A stretch of DNA of 64,000 bases, taken from positions 1,408,001 through 1,472,000 of the forward strand of contig CAXVYR010000004.1 in assembly GCA_963666975.2 (NCBI GenBank), given 5' to 3'. Positions within the stretch are counted from its first letter, which is position 1. Every line of letters begins with the position of its first letter. Positions 27,137 to 37,559 of this stretch are shown one piece after another. This DNA is from Terriglobia bacterium (GTDB lineage: Bacteria; Acidobacteriota; Terriglobia; 2-12-FULL-54-10). Made by a program: the position numbers and the translations under genes. Below the pieces are notes generated by a model that was not told the origin of the DNA, did not search any database, and saw only the letters and a list, made by a program, of their open reading frames with translations.

Positions 27137-28654
27137 GTGCCCAACCAAGATAGAATACAGGGGTTTATTCGCTCTAGCCTCTCCAAGACTCTTTTTGTCG
27201 TCGTTTCCAACCGGGAACCATACGTTCATAGCTTTAACAAAGCAGGCGAAATCCAGTGCAGCAAGCCTACCAGCGGAATGGCGTCTGCCTTGGACCCGGT
27301 TCTGCAAGCCGGAAGAGGCATCTGGATCGCCCACGGAAGCGGGGAGGCTGACGCTGCCGCAGTGGACGGCAGAGGTTATGTGCCGGTTCCGCCGGATAAC
27401 CCGAAATATCTGCTGCAGCGCGTTTGGTTGAGCCCCCAACAGCAGGAAGGTTACTACCAGGGCTTTTCCAATCAGGCATTGTGGCCTTTATGTCACAACT
27501 CCTACGTTCGTCCCCACTTTGACTGGAACCATTGGAAAGTTTACCGGGAAGTCAACGAGCTGTTTGCAGAGCAAGTGCATCGCTCGGTGGGTGATGCCCG
27601 GGCGTTGGTATTCGTGCAGGATTATCACTTAGCCCTGTTGCCCTACTTGGTGAAACAAAAGTGTCCGCGGGCCGTGGTAGCCCACTTTTGGCATATTCCC
27701 TGGCCGAGCCCGGAAATTTTGCGGATCTGTCCCTGGCAACGCGAGATCATAAAAGGTCTGCTGGGCAGTGACCTGCTCGGCTTCCACCTGCCGCAGTATT
27801 GCCGCGATTTTCTGGCTGCGGCGCGGGCTCTGTTCCCGCAACCGCGCCAGGGACGGCGAAACACCGTAACCCACGAGGGCCGCGCCACCCGGGTCCGTCC
27901 TTTCCCGATTGGCATCGACTTTGATGAATTCGACCGCCTCGCCGGGTCCCCCGAGGTATCCCAAAGGATGGAAGACATCCGCCGGCGCTATCCTCTGCCT
28001 CGCTGGCTGGGAGTGGGAGTGGACCGGATGGATTACATCAAGGGCATTCCGGAGCGGATGGAGGCGGTAGGCCGGCTTTTTGAGATGTACCCGCAATATC
28101 TGGAGCAGTTTTCTTTTGTGCAAGTGGCCGTTCCCAGCCGTACGGAACTTGCTCCCTATCAACAACTGGCCAGAACGGTGCATCGCCTGGTAGACCAGAT
28201 CAACGAACGGTTCGGCACCGATGCATGGAAACCGATCCATCTGTTGGCAGAGAATCTTCCATCGCCGGACGTAACCGCATGGTACCGGCTGGCCGATTTT
28301 TGCCTGGTCAGCTCCCTGCACGACGGCATGAACCTGGTGGCGAAAGAATTCGTCGCCTCCAAGCGGGAAGCAGACGGTGTGCTGCTGCTAAGCCAGTTTG
28401 CGGGGACGGCGGAAACCCTGCACGATGCGCTGCTCGTCAATCCGTACGATATCGACGGAATGGCTCGTCAAATGGACCGGGCATTGCACCTGGACCCCGC
28501 CGAGGCGCGGCAACGCATGCGGAGAATGCGGACCACGCTGCGCCGCCGCAACATCTATCGATGGGCGGTGGATATACTCGCCGCCGCCGCAGAGTGCGGG
28601 CAGAGTTCCCTGGGAACGGAGGAAGAACCACTGGCCGCAGTGACAAACTTTTAG
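27137..28654 (+). CDS. otsA: Trehalose-6-phosphate synthase (GT20)
   Basis: VVSNREP, YYQGFSNQALWPLCH, VQDYHL, HIPWP, GVDRMDYIKGI, DGMNLVAKEFV. Confidence 0.92.
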   Translation: MPNQDRIQGFIRSSLSKTLFVVVSNREPYVHSFNKAGEIQCSKPTSGMASALDPVLQAGRGIWIAHGSGEADAAAVDGRGYVPVPPDNPKYLLQRVWLSPQQQEGYYQGFSNQALWPLCHNSYVRPHFDWNHWKVYREVNELFAEQVHRSVGDARALVFVQDYHLALLPYLVKQKCPRAVVAHFWHIPWPSPEILRICPWQREIIKGLLGSDLLGFHLPQYCRDFLAAARALFPQPRQGRRNTVTHEGRATRVRPFPIGIDFDEFDRLAGSPEVSQRMEDIRRRYPLPRWLGVGVDRMDYIKGIPERMEAVGRLFEMYPQYLEQFSFVQVAVPSRTELAPYQQLARTVHRLVDQINERFGTDAWKPIHLLAENLPSPDVTAWYRLADFCLVSSLHDGMNLVAKEFVASKREADGVLLLSQFAGTAETLHDALLVNPYDIDGMARQMDRALHLDPAEARQRMRRMRTTLRRRNIYRWAVDILAAAAECGQSSLGTEEEPLAAVTNF

Positions 28655-28777
28655 TCTCGTCCCGGCCCTGTTCCCGAGCAACGAATTCTATCCATGGCAG
28701 CCTCATCCTGAGAAAGCCCTTGCCAGCCTATGGGCCCTATGCTAGTGTGGATTTGACCTCCCTGGTGAGGAAAAAGT

Positions 28778-29566
28778 TTGAGTTCCCTTCCACTTGCAGC
28801 CCTGCGAAATTGTGAGGATCGCGATGCGGATTTGCTCTCGCAGATCGACATCGACAGGATTCCTCGCCATGTTGCCGTCATCATGGACGGGAACGGTCGC
28901 TGGGCTCGCCGCCGCCGCCTGCCTCGCATAGCCGGGCACAGGGCCGGCGCCCAGGCCGTGCGCAAAACGGTGGAAATCTGTTCCCAGTTGGGCATGCGCG
29001 TTCTCACCCTGTATGCCTTTTCGGCGGAAAACTGGAAACGGCCGCAACGGGAAATCAACGTACTGATGGACCTGTTGCGGGAGTACCTCCGCAGGGAGAT
29101 GGGTGAAATCCACAAAAACAACATCCGCCTGCAAATCCTGGGGCGCTACGAGCAACTCCCGCAAAAAGTGCAAGAGGACCTGGAAGACGGTCTCCGGCTG
29201 ACGGCGAAAAACACCGGCATGGTGCTGAACGTGGCCCTCAACTACGGGGCGCGGGCCGAATTGGTGGATGCCTTCAACGCCATCCTGAAAGCAATGCTGG
29301 ACCGCGGGGTTCGGGAGCCGGAAGTAACCGAGGGGATGATCGCCGAGCACCTCTACACGCGCGGCCTGCCCGACCCGGACCTGCTGATTCGCACCAGCGG
29401 GGAGATGCGTGTGAGCAATTTTCTCCTGTGGCAGATCGCTTACGCTGAAATTTGGGTTACAGACACTTGCTGGCCGGATTTCACCCGCAGGCATCTGTTG
29501 CAAGCCGTGATCGATTTTCAAAAACGCGAGCGCCGCTACGGGGGGCTCGGCCGCAATGGCTCCTGA
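28778..29566 (+). CDS. uppS: Undecaprenyl diphosphate synthase
   Basis: PRHVAVIMDGNGRWA, YAFSAENWKRP, LNYGAR, IRTSGEMRVSNFLLWQ. Confidence 0.97.
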   Translation: MSSLPLAALRNCEDRDADLLSQIDIDRIPRHVAVIMDGNGRWARRRRLPRIAGHRAGAQAVRKTVEICSQLGMRVLTLYAFSAENWKRPQREINVLMDLLREYLRREMGEIHKNNIRLQILGRYEQLPQKVQEDLEDGLRLTAKNTGMVLNVALNYGARAELVDAFNAILKAMLDRGVREPEVTEGMIAEHLYTRGLPDPDLLIRTSGEMRVSNFLLWQIAYAEIWVTDTCWPDFTRRHLLQAVIDFQKRERRYGGLGRNGS

Positions 29567-29587
29567 GTCCCGTACCTGAGTCCCGTA
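29562..29587. repeat. 13-bp perfect tandem duplication across the uppS stop
   Basis: CCTGAGTCCCGTA x2. Confidence 0.9.
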
Positions 29588-29588
29588 A

Positions 29589-30386
29589 ATGAGGCGCTTT
29601 CTTACCGCTGCTCTCTTGATTCCCCTGGTGATCGCCCTGGTTCTGTGGGGCCCCCCAACCCTGCTTGGGTCGGTGGTGGTTGCGCTGACAGCCGTTGCCT
29701 TGTGGGAGTACTTCCGGCTGGCCGAAGCCGCTGGAATGAAGGTGCTGTCTGTTCCGGGATACGCCTTTGCCTTGGCTGTGGTGCTGTTGCTCCTGACAGA
29801 CTCTTCTCCTGTCTCAATCCTGGCAGCAGTCGTTTTCTTTCTCATGCTGTTGTGGGTGGCTGCGATGTCGCCCAGCCGTCCGCTGGCGGCCTGTCTGGGC
29901 TCGGTCTCCGCCACCTTTCTGGGTGTTGTTTATGTAGCCGTGCCGCTCGGCTTGCTGGCATGGATCTGCCTGCGCCGCGACGGTCCTTTCCTGATTCTAT
30001 TTATGTTGGTGGTGATTTGGGCGGGGGACGCGGCAGGTTTCTATGTCGGAAGCGCGTGGGGCCGCCACAAGTCCTCGCCGCGCATCAGCCCGGGCAAGTC
30101 CTGGGAAGGCACGGCGGGATCGCTGGCGGCAGCGTTGCTTATCGGATTTCTGTTCGTACGCTTCTTTTGGGGAGCCGATACGTATTGGGAGACTGTCCTG
30201 CTGGCGGCGGCGCTGAATGGCGCTGGGCAGTTGGGCGACTTGGCGGAGTCGGCATTGAAAAGGGCTGCGGGCATGAAGGATTCCTCGCAACTTGTACCCG
30301 GCCACGGTGGAGTGCTGGACCGCATCGACGCCTTACTTTTTGCCGTCCCGGTTCTATGGTATTATTGGTTGTGGAAAGCGTTTTGA
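29589..30386 (+). CDS. cdsA: Phosphatidate cytidylyltransferase
   Basis: ISPGKSWEG, GDLAESALKR, KDSSQLVPGHGGVLDRID; canonical position after uppS. Confidence 0.96.
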   Translation: MRRFLTAALLIPLVIALVLWGPPTLLGSVVVALTAVALWEYFRLAEAAGMKVLSVPGYAFALAVVLLLLTDSSPVSILAAVVFFLMLLWVAAMSPSRPLAACLGSVSATFLGVVYVAVPLGLLAWICLRRDGPFLILFMLVVIWAGDAAGFYVGSAWGRHKSSPRISPGKSWEGTAGSLAAALLIGFLFVRFFWGADTYWETVLLAAALNGAGQLGDLAESALKRAAGMKDSSQLVPGHGGVLDRIDALLFAVPVLWYYWLWKAF

Positions 30387-30408
30387 GCTTCATCCCCGGT
30401 CTATCCAT

Positions 30409-31581
30409 ATGAAAAGATTAGGTATTCTTGGTTCGACGGGTTCCATTGGCCGCAATTGCTTGAGTGTCATTGAGGAGTTGCCGGAGCAGTTCCGGGTGGT
30501 GAGTCTCACGGCCGGTGAGAACGTCAACCTGATGGCAGAGCAGGTGATGGCGGTGCGTCCGGACTTCGTCTCCATGGCGCACGAGAAGGCGGCCAACTGT
30601 CTGCGAAAGCGGCTCAAGCAGGCGGCCTGCCACCCTCTTCCCGAGATCGCCCATGGCCCGGAGGGAATGAAGCAAGCAAGCACTCTGGCCGAAGTCGACT
30701 TGGTGATCTCCTCCACGGTAGGAGTCTTCGGTTTGCCGGCCACCTATGCTGCTTTGCTATCGGGCAAGCAGGTAGCCCTGGCGAATAAGGAAGTGCTGGT
30801 GTCGGCCGGCAAGTTGGTTACCTCCGCAGCCAAGGAACGTAATTTAGAGTTGCTGCCCGTGGACAGCGAGCACAACGGGGTTCATCAGTGTTTGCGTGCC
30901 GGACGAAGAGAAGAGGCGTGCCGGTTGGTTCTCACGGCCTCCGGCGGACCGTTCCTCCATACCCCGCTCGAACAATTGCCGGCCATGAGCGTGGAAAGGG
31001 CGCTCGATCACCCTACTTGGAAGATGGGAAACCGGATCACGATCGACTCGGCCACTATGATGAATAAAGGTTTTGAGGTGATCGAGGCTTGCTGGCTGTT
31101 CGGCTTTTCCCCGCAGCAGGTGCAGGTGAAAATCCATCCGCAATCGACCGTACATTCCTTGGTGGAGTTTGTCGACGGGTCCATCCTGGCGCAGCTTTCC
31201 TCAACCGATATGAAGATTCCCATACAATATGCGTTATCCTATCCGAAGCGAGTTGCATCCAATCACCATGCTTTTGATTGGGGGAGTTTGAGCGTGCTGC
31301 AGTTTTCCGAGCCCGACACGAAACGGTTTCCCTGCCTGCGGCTGGCTTATCAGGCGATGGAACAGGGCGATTCCTATCCGTGCGCGCTGAATGCTGCAGA
31401 CGAAGTGGCGGTAGCAGCCTTTCTGGAGCGACAGATTCCCTTTGGAGCGATCTCCCGCATTGTCGGGGACGTGCTGCAAACCGTCGCTCCCCGGCAATTC
31501 TCCGGCATCGAGGATGTGCTGGACCATGACCAACTTTCCCGGGCACGCGCCCGGGAGATGCTTTCCCGTTACAGGAATTAG
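30409..31581 (+). CDS. dxr: 1-deoxy-D-xylulose 5-phosphate reductoisomerase
   Basis: LGSTGSIG, LANKE, PVDSEH, TASGGPF, HPTWKMG, IDSATMMNKGFE. Confidence 0.97.
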   Translation: MKRLGILGSTGSIGRNCLSVIEELPEQFRVVSLTAGENVNLMAEQVMAVRPDFVSMAHEKAANCLRKRLKQAACHPLPEIAHGPEGMKQASTLAEVDLVISSTVGVFGLPATYAALLSGKQVALANKEVLVSAGKLVTSAAKERNLELLPVDSEHNGVHQCLRAGRREEACRLVLTASGGPFLHTPLEQLPAMSVERALDHPTWKMGNRITIDSATMMNKGFEVIEACWLFGFSPQQVQVKIHPQSTVHSLVEFVDGSILAQLSSTDMKIPIQYALSYPKRVASNHHAFDWGSLSVLQFSEPDTKRFPCLRLAYQAMEQGDSYPCALNAADEVAVAAFLERQIPFGAISRIVGDVLQTVAPRQFSGIEDVLDHDQLSRARAREMLSRYRN

Positions 31582-31595
31582 GAGTTTTTGATTTT

Positions 31596-32945
31596 ATGCT
31601 GTACGTAGCTATCACCAACGTGCTGGCCGTGATCTTGGTTCTGGGCGTCATGATCCTGATTCACGAGTTGGGCCACTTTCTGGCGGCCAAGTATTTTGGC
31701 ATTCGCGTGCATGTGTTTTCTTTCGGGTTCGGGCCGCGTCTGTTCGGCATTAAATACGGAGACACCGATTACCGTGTCTGCCTCCTGCCGCTGGGGGGGT
31801 ATGTAAAAATGGCCGGGGAAAACGTCGGCGACACGGTCAGCGGAGATGTTGACGAGTTTCTCTCTAAGCCCCGCTGGCAACGCTTTATAGTGGCCGTGAT
31901 GGGGCCCGCCATGAACATCTTTCTGGCCATCTTCCTATTGACGGGCCTGTTCATGTACCGCTATCAGATCCCCGCTTACCAGGAGGGCCCTGCGATCATT
32001 GGCTGGGTGGAAGAGGACTCCGCCGCCGCTGCCGCCGGTTTCCAGACCGGGGACCGCATCACTCGAATCGCAGACAACCAAGACACCGAGTGGCGGGACG
32101 TGGAACTGCTGATCGTCTCCAATCCGGGAAGCCCGCTGGAAGTCACGGTGGAGCGGGACGGACAGCCGCTGACGAGCACGATGACGCCGCGGCCCGAAGG
32201 CCGGACGCGCCTTGGCTCCGCCGGGTGGTACCCGCGCATGGCGGCCAAGCTGCAAGCAGTGGCGCCGGGGCTTCCGGCTGAGCAAGCGGGCCTGGAGACC
32301 GGCGATGAGATTGTCTCCGTCGATGGCGTCGCGGTAGGGTTCTGGCCCAGAATATCGGAGATTCTCCAGACCAGCGAGGGGAAAACCCTGGAGCTTGGTC
32401 TCCTTCGCAACGGCGAGCTGATGACCACCCAGATCAACCCGGTCCACAGCACCGCTACCGGCGACCCGCAGACGAAGTGGCGGATTGGTGTGGCCTTTCA
32501 AAACGAAGTCATCACACGGGAACTCGGCTTTTCGGCGGCGCTGTCGGAATCGCTGGCCACCAACAAGAAGTTTACCCTCTTGATCTTTGAGGTCGTCGGC
32601 AAGATATTTTCCGCCGAGATGTCTCCGAGGACGCTGGAAGGGCCGATCGGCATTGCCCGCCTCTCCGGGCGCGCCGCCCGCCAGAGCTTGGGAGACCTGC
32701 TCAGCCTGATGGCCGCCATCAGCTTGAACCTTGGCATCTTCAATCTTTTCCCGATCCCTGTCCTGGACGGAGGCGTCATTCTGTTGCTGCTGATTGAGAG
32801 CGTCATGCGCCGGGACCTCAGCCTGCGCATCAAAGAGCGGGTCATGCAGGCCGGCTTCGCCTTCCTGCTCCTGATCGCCGCCTTCGTTATCTATAACGAC
32901 ATCGTCAAGGCACTCCCGGAACGGTTTGAAAAATTCTTTCCGTGA
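31596..32945 (+). CDS. rseP: RIP metalloprotease RseP
   Basis: HELGH, LGGYVKM, two PDZ domains, NLFPIPVLDGG. Confidence 0.95.
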   Translation: MLYVAITNVLAVILVLGVMILIHELGHFLAAKYFGIRVHVFSFGFGPRLFGIKYGDTDYRVCLLPLGGYVKMAGENVGDTVSGDVDEFLSKPRWQRFIVAVMGPAMNIFLAIFLLTGLFMYRYQIPAYQEGPAIIGWVEEDSAAAAAGFQTGDRITRIADNQDTEWRDVELLIVSNPGSPLEVTVERDGQPLTSTMTPRPEGRTRLGSAGWYPRMAAKLQAVAPGLPAEQAGLETGDEIVSVDGVAVGFWPRISEILQTSEGKTLELGLLRNGELMTTQINPVHSTATGDPQTKWRIGVAFQNEVITRELGFSAALSESLATNKKFTLLIFEVVGKIFSAEMSPRTLEGPIGIARLSGRAARQSLGDLLSLMAAISLNLGIFNLFPIPVLDGGVILLLLIESVMRRDLSLRIKERVMQAGFAFLLLIAAFVIYNDIVKALPERFEKFFP

Positions 32946-32986
32946 TCCTGGCACAAAACCGTTATGGGCTAGCCATCGAAGACACT

Positions 32987-33184
32987 ATGCGTCCGAAATA
33001 CGACTTCAGCAAGGGTGTGCGGGGAAAGCATGCAGCTCGTTATGCCGCTGGAACCAATGTTGTGGTCCTGGAACCTGACGTGGCTGTCGAGTTCCGCACT
33101 GCAGAAGATGTGAATGACACCCTTCGTGCGGTAGCCGGCATTTTGCGGCGGCGTAAAAGACGCACGAACCGCAAAATGCCCTAA
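32987..33184 (+). CDS. Orphan BrnA-like/DUF-type antitoxin (possibly N-truncated)
   Basis: MRPKYDFSKGVRGKHAARYAAGTNVVVLEPDVAVEFRTAEDVNDTLR, a motif usually found next to BrnT toxins; no toxin gene upstream. Confidence 0.6.
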   Translation: MRPKYDFSKGVRGKHAARYAAGTNVVVLEPDVAVEFRTAEDVNDTLRAVAGILRRRKRRTNRKMP

Positions 33185-33211
33185 GAGGTTGTTGAAAAAC
33201 TGGTGCAGGGT

Positions 33212-33237
33212 CCGCTTGCTAACGCGCGCGGCTCGGA
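33212..33237. repeat. REP copy of the RAYT-associated family, preceded by IS-TIR-like AGAGGTTGTTGAAAAAC
   Basis: CCGCTTGCTAACGCGCGCGGCTCGGA, nearly identical to 10787-10812. Confidence 0.75.
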
Positions 33238-33454
33238 TTGTAGGTTTGGAGTTTTTCGGTTCCTTCGGAGTCGTCGGGAAAATTTTCTGGTCTTGGTTCC
33301 TACATTCAATCATGCTGGCGGGGGAGAGAGGGCGTCTGTACGCCCGTTACGGAGGCAAGCAAGGCGCAAAAATAAATTTTTGCAAAGCCAAAAGATCCTT
33401 TGTTTTCAATAGGAGTTGCCGCAGAAAGCACGAAACTGATCTAGAATTGCTTCT

Positions 33455-34696
33455 ATGGCCAGAATCGAGCGCAGGGAATCCGTTGTCGCCGAAATAGGCG
33501 GGGTTAAGGTCGGCGGGACGCACCCGATCGTCGTCCAGTCGATGACCAACACCGACACCGCCGACGTGCCCGGCACCGTCCGGCAGGTGGCTGCGCTGGC
33601 CCGCGCCGGCTCCGAGTTGGTTCGCATCACGGTGAACACGGAGGCCGCCGCAGCCGCCGTGCCTGCCATCGCCGAGGGACTGGAAGCCGAAGGCCTGCCG
33701 GTTCCGCTCATCGGCGATTTCCACTACAACGGACATCTTTTGCTGACCCGCTACCCGGAGTGCGCCCGCCGCCTGGCGAAATACCGCATCAACCCCGGCA
33801 ACGTCGATATCGGCAAGAAGCACGACGAAAATTTCCGTACCATGATCCGCGTGGCCACCGACAACGGCAAGCCGGTGCGGATCGGCGTGAACTGGGGCTC
33901 GCTCGACCAAGCGCTGCTGACCCGGATGATGGACGAAAACGCCCGTCAGGCCGTGCCGCTCGACGCAGAGGAGATCACCCGTCGGGCAATCGTCGCGAGC
34001 GCGCTCGAATCGGCCCGGATGGCCGAAGAGTACGGATTGGCTCACGAAGCGATCATCCTCAGCGCCAAGGTTTCCAGCGCCCAGAGCCTGATCGATGTCT
34101 ACCGCGCCCTCGCCGCCCGCTGCGACTACCCTTTGCATCTCGGCTTGACCGAAGCGGGCATGGGAAACAAAGGCGTGGTGGCCAGCACGGCGGCCATGTC
34201 CGTCCTGCTCCAGGAGGGAATCGGCGATACCATCCGCGTCTCTCTCACCCCCGCGCCCGGCGGCGACCGCACCGAGGAAGTGCTGGTCGCCCAGCAGATT
34301 CTGCAATCGCTTGAGATTCGCAGCTTCACGCCGCAGGTCAGCGCCTGCCCCGGATGCGGCCGCACCACCAGCACCTTCTTCCAGGAGATGGCCGATCAGA
34401 TCCAGAGCTATCTACGCGAGCAAATGCCGCTGTGGAAACAGCGCTACCGCGGCGTCGAGGAGTTGCGCCTAGCCGTGATGGGCTGCGTCGTCAACGGGCC
34501 GGGCGAATCCAAGCACGCCCACATCGGCATTTCTCTCCCCGGCACGTTTGAAGAGCCCAAGGCTCCCGTCTACGCCGACGGGCGGCTGCTGGTCACGCTC
34601 AAGGGCGAGACCATCGTTCGCGACTTCATCCGCATCTTGAACGATTACGTCGAATCCCACTACGGAAGCAAGGTGGAACAGGCTTCTGTGAATTAA
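33455..34696 (+). CDS. ispG: (E)-4-hydroxy-3-methylbut-2-enyl-diphosphate synthase
   Basis: [55 protein letters not shown]. Confidence 0.97.
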   Translation: MARIERRESVVAEIGGVKVGGTHPIVVQSMTNTDTADVPGTVRQVAALARAGSELVRITVNTEAAAAAVPAIAEGLEAEGLPVPLIGDFHYNGHLLLTRYPECARRLAKYRINPGNVDIGKKHDENFRTMIRVATDNGKPVRIGVNWGSLDQALLTRMMDENARQAVPLDAEEITRRAIVASALESARMAEEYGLAHEAIILSAKVSSAQSLIDVYRALAARCDYPLHLGLTEAGMGNKGVVASTAAMSVLLQEGIGDTIRVSLTPAPGGDRTEEVLVAQQILQSLEIRSFTPQVSACPGCGRTTSTFFQEMADQIQSYLREQMPLWKQRYRGVEELRLAVMGCVVNGPGESKHAHIGISLPGTFEEPKAPVYADGRLLVTLKGETIVRDFIRILNDYVESHYGSKVEQASVN

Positions 34697-34910
34697 TCCG
34701 GCAAGACGGCGCCGATACTGCCTGCATACGGAAAACCCCCAGCGTTCAAGCCCTGTCGTACCGAAGCCATCACCCCGGCGCATTTCCTAATCGAGTTGTT
34801 AGCCGTCCTGCCGATCATTAAAAAGCGGGATCATTTAGCCTGAGGACATCCCGAAGGTGCCGTTGGGCAACTAAACCATCAATGACGGATTCTGCCCGTA
34901 GAGGAAGTTT

Positions 34911-36950
34911 ATGAAACCGATTTTCTGTTTTTTTTGGGTTCTGTTTGCCACCGTCCTGAACGCAGCCGAGTTGCCGGTCCGCGAGGTGGTGCTCTACAAG
35001 CACGGCGTGGGTTTCTTCCGGCGCTCCGGCCAATTGCAGCCCGGCGAATCGGCGCGCCTTGATTTCAAAGCCTCCGAGATGAACGACGTGCTGAAATCGC
35101 TCACGATTGAGGAGCAGGGCGGGGGCCAAATCTCAGGTCTGCGGTACGATTCAAGCGAGCCGCTGGAACGAAAACTCTCGGAGTTTCCTTTCCGGCTGGG
35201 GCCGGGCCAACCGCTGAGCGCGGTGCTGGACCAACTGAAAGGCGCTATTGTGGAGTTGCAGTTTGCCGCCGAGACCGTCCGGGGGGCCATCGTCAGCGGG
35301 CGTGTGGTGCCGGGCAATGAGAACAGGCCACAGAGCGAGCAGATCACACTGCTGCTTGACTCGGGCGAGCTGCGCAACTTCGACCTGGCCGCGGCCGCGA
35401 GCATTCGATTCACCGACGCCAGCCTCCGAACGCAGTTCCGGGAATATATGGCGGTGCTGGTCGGAGCGCGCTCTAAAGAGAAGCGCAGCGTTTATATCGA
35501 TTCTACCGGCTCGGCCAACCGCCGGATCGTCGCCGACTATATGATCCCCATGCCGGTCTGGAAATCGAGCTACCGGCTGATCTTTGGAGACACCGGGGGC
35601 GACAACGGCGGCGACAGCGGCGACCCGACGCTCGAAGGCTGGGCCATCGTGGACAACACCACCGGCGAGGACTGGACCAACGTCGCCCTGGCGCTGGTCT
35701 CCGGGCGGCCTATTTCGTTTGTCAGCCGTCTCTACGAACCTCGCTACATCCAACGTCCCGTAGCCGAGCTGCCGGGTGAGCGTGCACAGGCGCCGGTGAT
35801 TTATAGCGGAGCCATCGAGATGGAAGAAGACCTCCAGGAAAATAGGCCGGTCGCGGCGAAATCGGCAGTCCTGGCCAACAGAAGGCTGCGCGCCGACATG
35901 CCGGCGAGCGCTCCGATGGAGCAAGATGCCTTCGCCATGGGAGGCCGCCTCAACGCCCTCAGTTCAGTTGCATCCACCGCGGCGGCCCGCGAGTTGGGCG
36001 AGCTGTTCGAGTATCGCTTCTCCACTCCGGTTACGGTGCGCAAAAGCGAGTCCGCCATGCTGCCCTTCCTCCAGCAAAAAGTAGAGGCGCGGAAGCTTCT
36101 GGTCTACTCCGGCGCAAACTCGATCCATCCGATGAACGCCGCCGAGATCACCAACTCCACGGGCAAGACGCTCGACGGAGGGCCGATCACCGTTTACGAG
36201 AGCAATGCATACGCCGGCGAGGCTCTGGTGGAAACCTTGAAAGCGGGCGACAAGCGGCTGATCAGCTACGGCGTGGACCTGGGCACGCGCATCACGACTC
36301 AGTTTGATTCCAAAGCGGAGGTGGTGCGGGAAATTCACCTGCGGCGCGGCATCCTCACGACCCGCACGGCTGCGGTCGAGACAAAAACTTTTACCATTCG
36401 CAACGTGGATGAAGATGCGAAGACGCTCATCATCGAGCATCCGGTCCGGCCACAATATAAGCTGCTGGACCTGAAACCCACCGAGACCACTGCGAATGCC
36501 TATCGCTTCCAGGTGAGCCTGCCCGCCGGAGCAACGGAGAAGTTTCCGGTAACCGAGGAGCGCGTCTACCAGAGGACGTTTGAGATTATGAACCTCACCC
36601 CGGATATCTTAGTGACTTACATCCAAAACAAGGACCTGAGCCTGGACGCCCGCACACAGCTCGAGCAGATCGTGGACCAAAAGCGCCAGATCGCCGAGAA
36701 CGCAGCGGAAATTCAGCGCATCGAAGCCGAGATCAACACCATGGTCCAGGACCAAGGGCGCATCCGGCAAAACATCAACAGCCTGAACCGCGTCAGAGGG
36801 CAAGAGCAGCAGGTGCAGGCTTATGCCCGGCAACTGGCGGCGCAGGAAAGCCAACTGGCATCGCTGCGCGACCACGCCTCGGAACTCCAGCGGCAGAGGA
36901 CCGTGTTGCAGTCAGAACTCAATTTCCTGATCGAGCGAATGGAGTTTTAA
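34911..36950 (+). CDS. Secreted DUF4139-family protein with C-terminal coiled coil
   Basis: Signal peptide; VVLYKHGVGFF, MNDVLKSL, WAIVDNTTGEDW, GELFEY; long C-terminal heptad region. Confidence 0.8.
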   Translation: MKPIFCFFWVLFATVLNAAELPVREVVLYKHGVGFFRRSGQLQPGESARLDFKASEMNDVLKSLTIEEQGGGQISGLRYDSSEPLERKLSEFPFRLGPGQPLSAVLDQLKGAIVELQFAAETVRGAIVSGRVVPGNENRPQSEQITLLLDSGELRNFDLAAAASIRFTDASLRTQFREYMAVLVGARSKEKRSVYIDSTGSANRRIVADYMIPMPVWKSSYRLIFGDTGGDNGGDSGDPTLEGWAIVDNTTGEDWTNVALALVSGRPISFVSRLYEPRYIQRPVAELPGERAQAPVIYSGAIEMEEDLQENRPVAAKSAVLANRRLRADMPASAPMEQDAFAMGGRLNALSSVASTAAARELGELFEYRFSTPVTVRKSESAMLPFLQQKVEARKLLVYSGANSIHPMNAAEITNSTGKTLDGGPITVYESNAYAGEALVETLKAGDKRLISYGVDLGTRITTQFDSKAEVVREIHLRRGILTTRTAAVETKTFTIRNVDEDAKTLIIEHPVRPQYKLLDLKPTETTANAYRFQVSLPAGATEKFPVTEERVYQRTFEIMNLTPDILVTYIQNKDLSLDARTQLEQIVDQKRQIAENAAEIQRIEAEINTMVQDQGRIRQNINSLNRVRGQEQQVQAYARQLAAQESQLASLRDHASELQRQRTVLQSELNFLIERMEF

Positions 36951-36989
36951 GGCTGACCTTGGTTTTGGGACTGATAACTCCCGCCGGGC

Positions 36990-37499
36990 TCACTCGGATT
37001 TTTCCTTCTCCCATGGCGTGAGACGGGGAACCCAGCGGGGAACTGCTCTCCTGTACAGAAGATACTCCTCCCCAAACCGCCGAGCCAGCCCCGGCTCTTC
37101 CGACGTGATGAAGTAGACGTGGTTGATCGTCACAAACAGAAGAGCGAAGATAAAAACAGGCCAGGACCCCAGCAGAACGGACTCTCCCAGCAGGATACAA
37201 AGAACGCCGGAGATCATCGGGTTCCTTACATGCCGGTAGGGCCCCTGAGCGACAAGTTTCCGGGTGGGGTCCCAAGGCGCCAGCGTCCCCTTTCCGATGG
37301 TGGCGAACAGATGAATCGTCTTGCCGAGCAGAGTCAGCCCCCCACAAATCAGAATACAGCCTGCGAGCAGTGGCGCGAGGATCAGCGGAAATTGCAGCGA
37401 CCAGCCAACTTTCGGCCCGCCGGTGAACCACAGTATCGCTGTAGGAATGATGACGGTTGCCGTTGTCGGAAGGATCAGGATGGCCTTCAGATGCCGCAT
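36990..37499 (-). CDS. Isoprenylcysteine carboxyl methyltransferase/PEMT family membrane protein
   Basis: GKGTLAPWDP, LVAQGPYRHVRNPM, EEPGLARRFGEEYLLYRRAVPRW. Confidence 0.88.
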   Translation of the reverse strand: MRHLKAILILPTTATVIIPTAILWFTGGPKVGWSLQFPLILAPLLAGCILICGGLTLLGKTIHLFATIGKGTLAPWDPTRKLVAQGPYRHVRNPMISGVLCILLGESVLLGSWPVFIFALLFVTINHVYFITSEEPGLARRFGEEYLLYRRAVPRWVPRLTPWEKEKSE

Positions 37500-37559
37500 C
37501 GGTTCATTCCGAAAAACTGTCTCTCCTGAAAACAGGGCCGGCTCTCCAACTTTTATACA

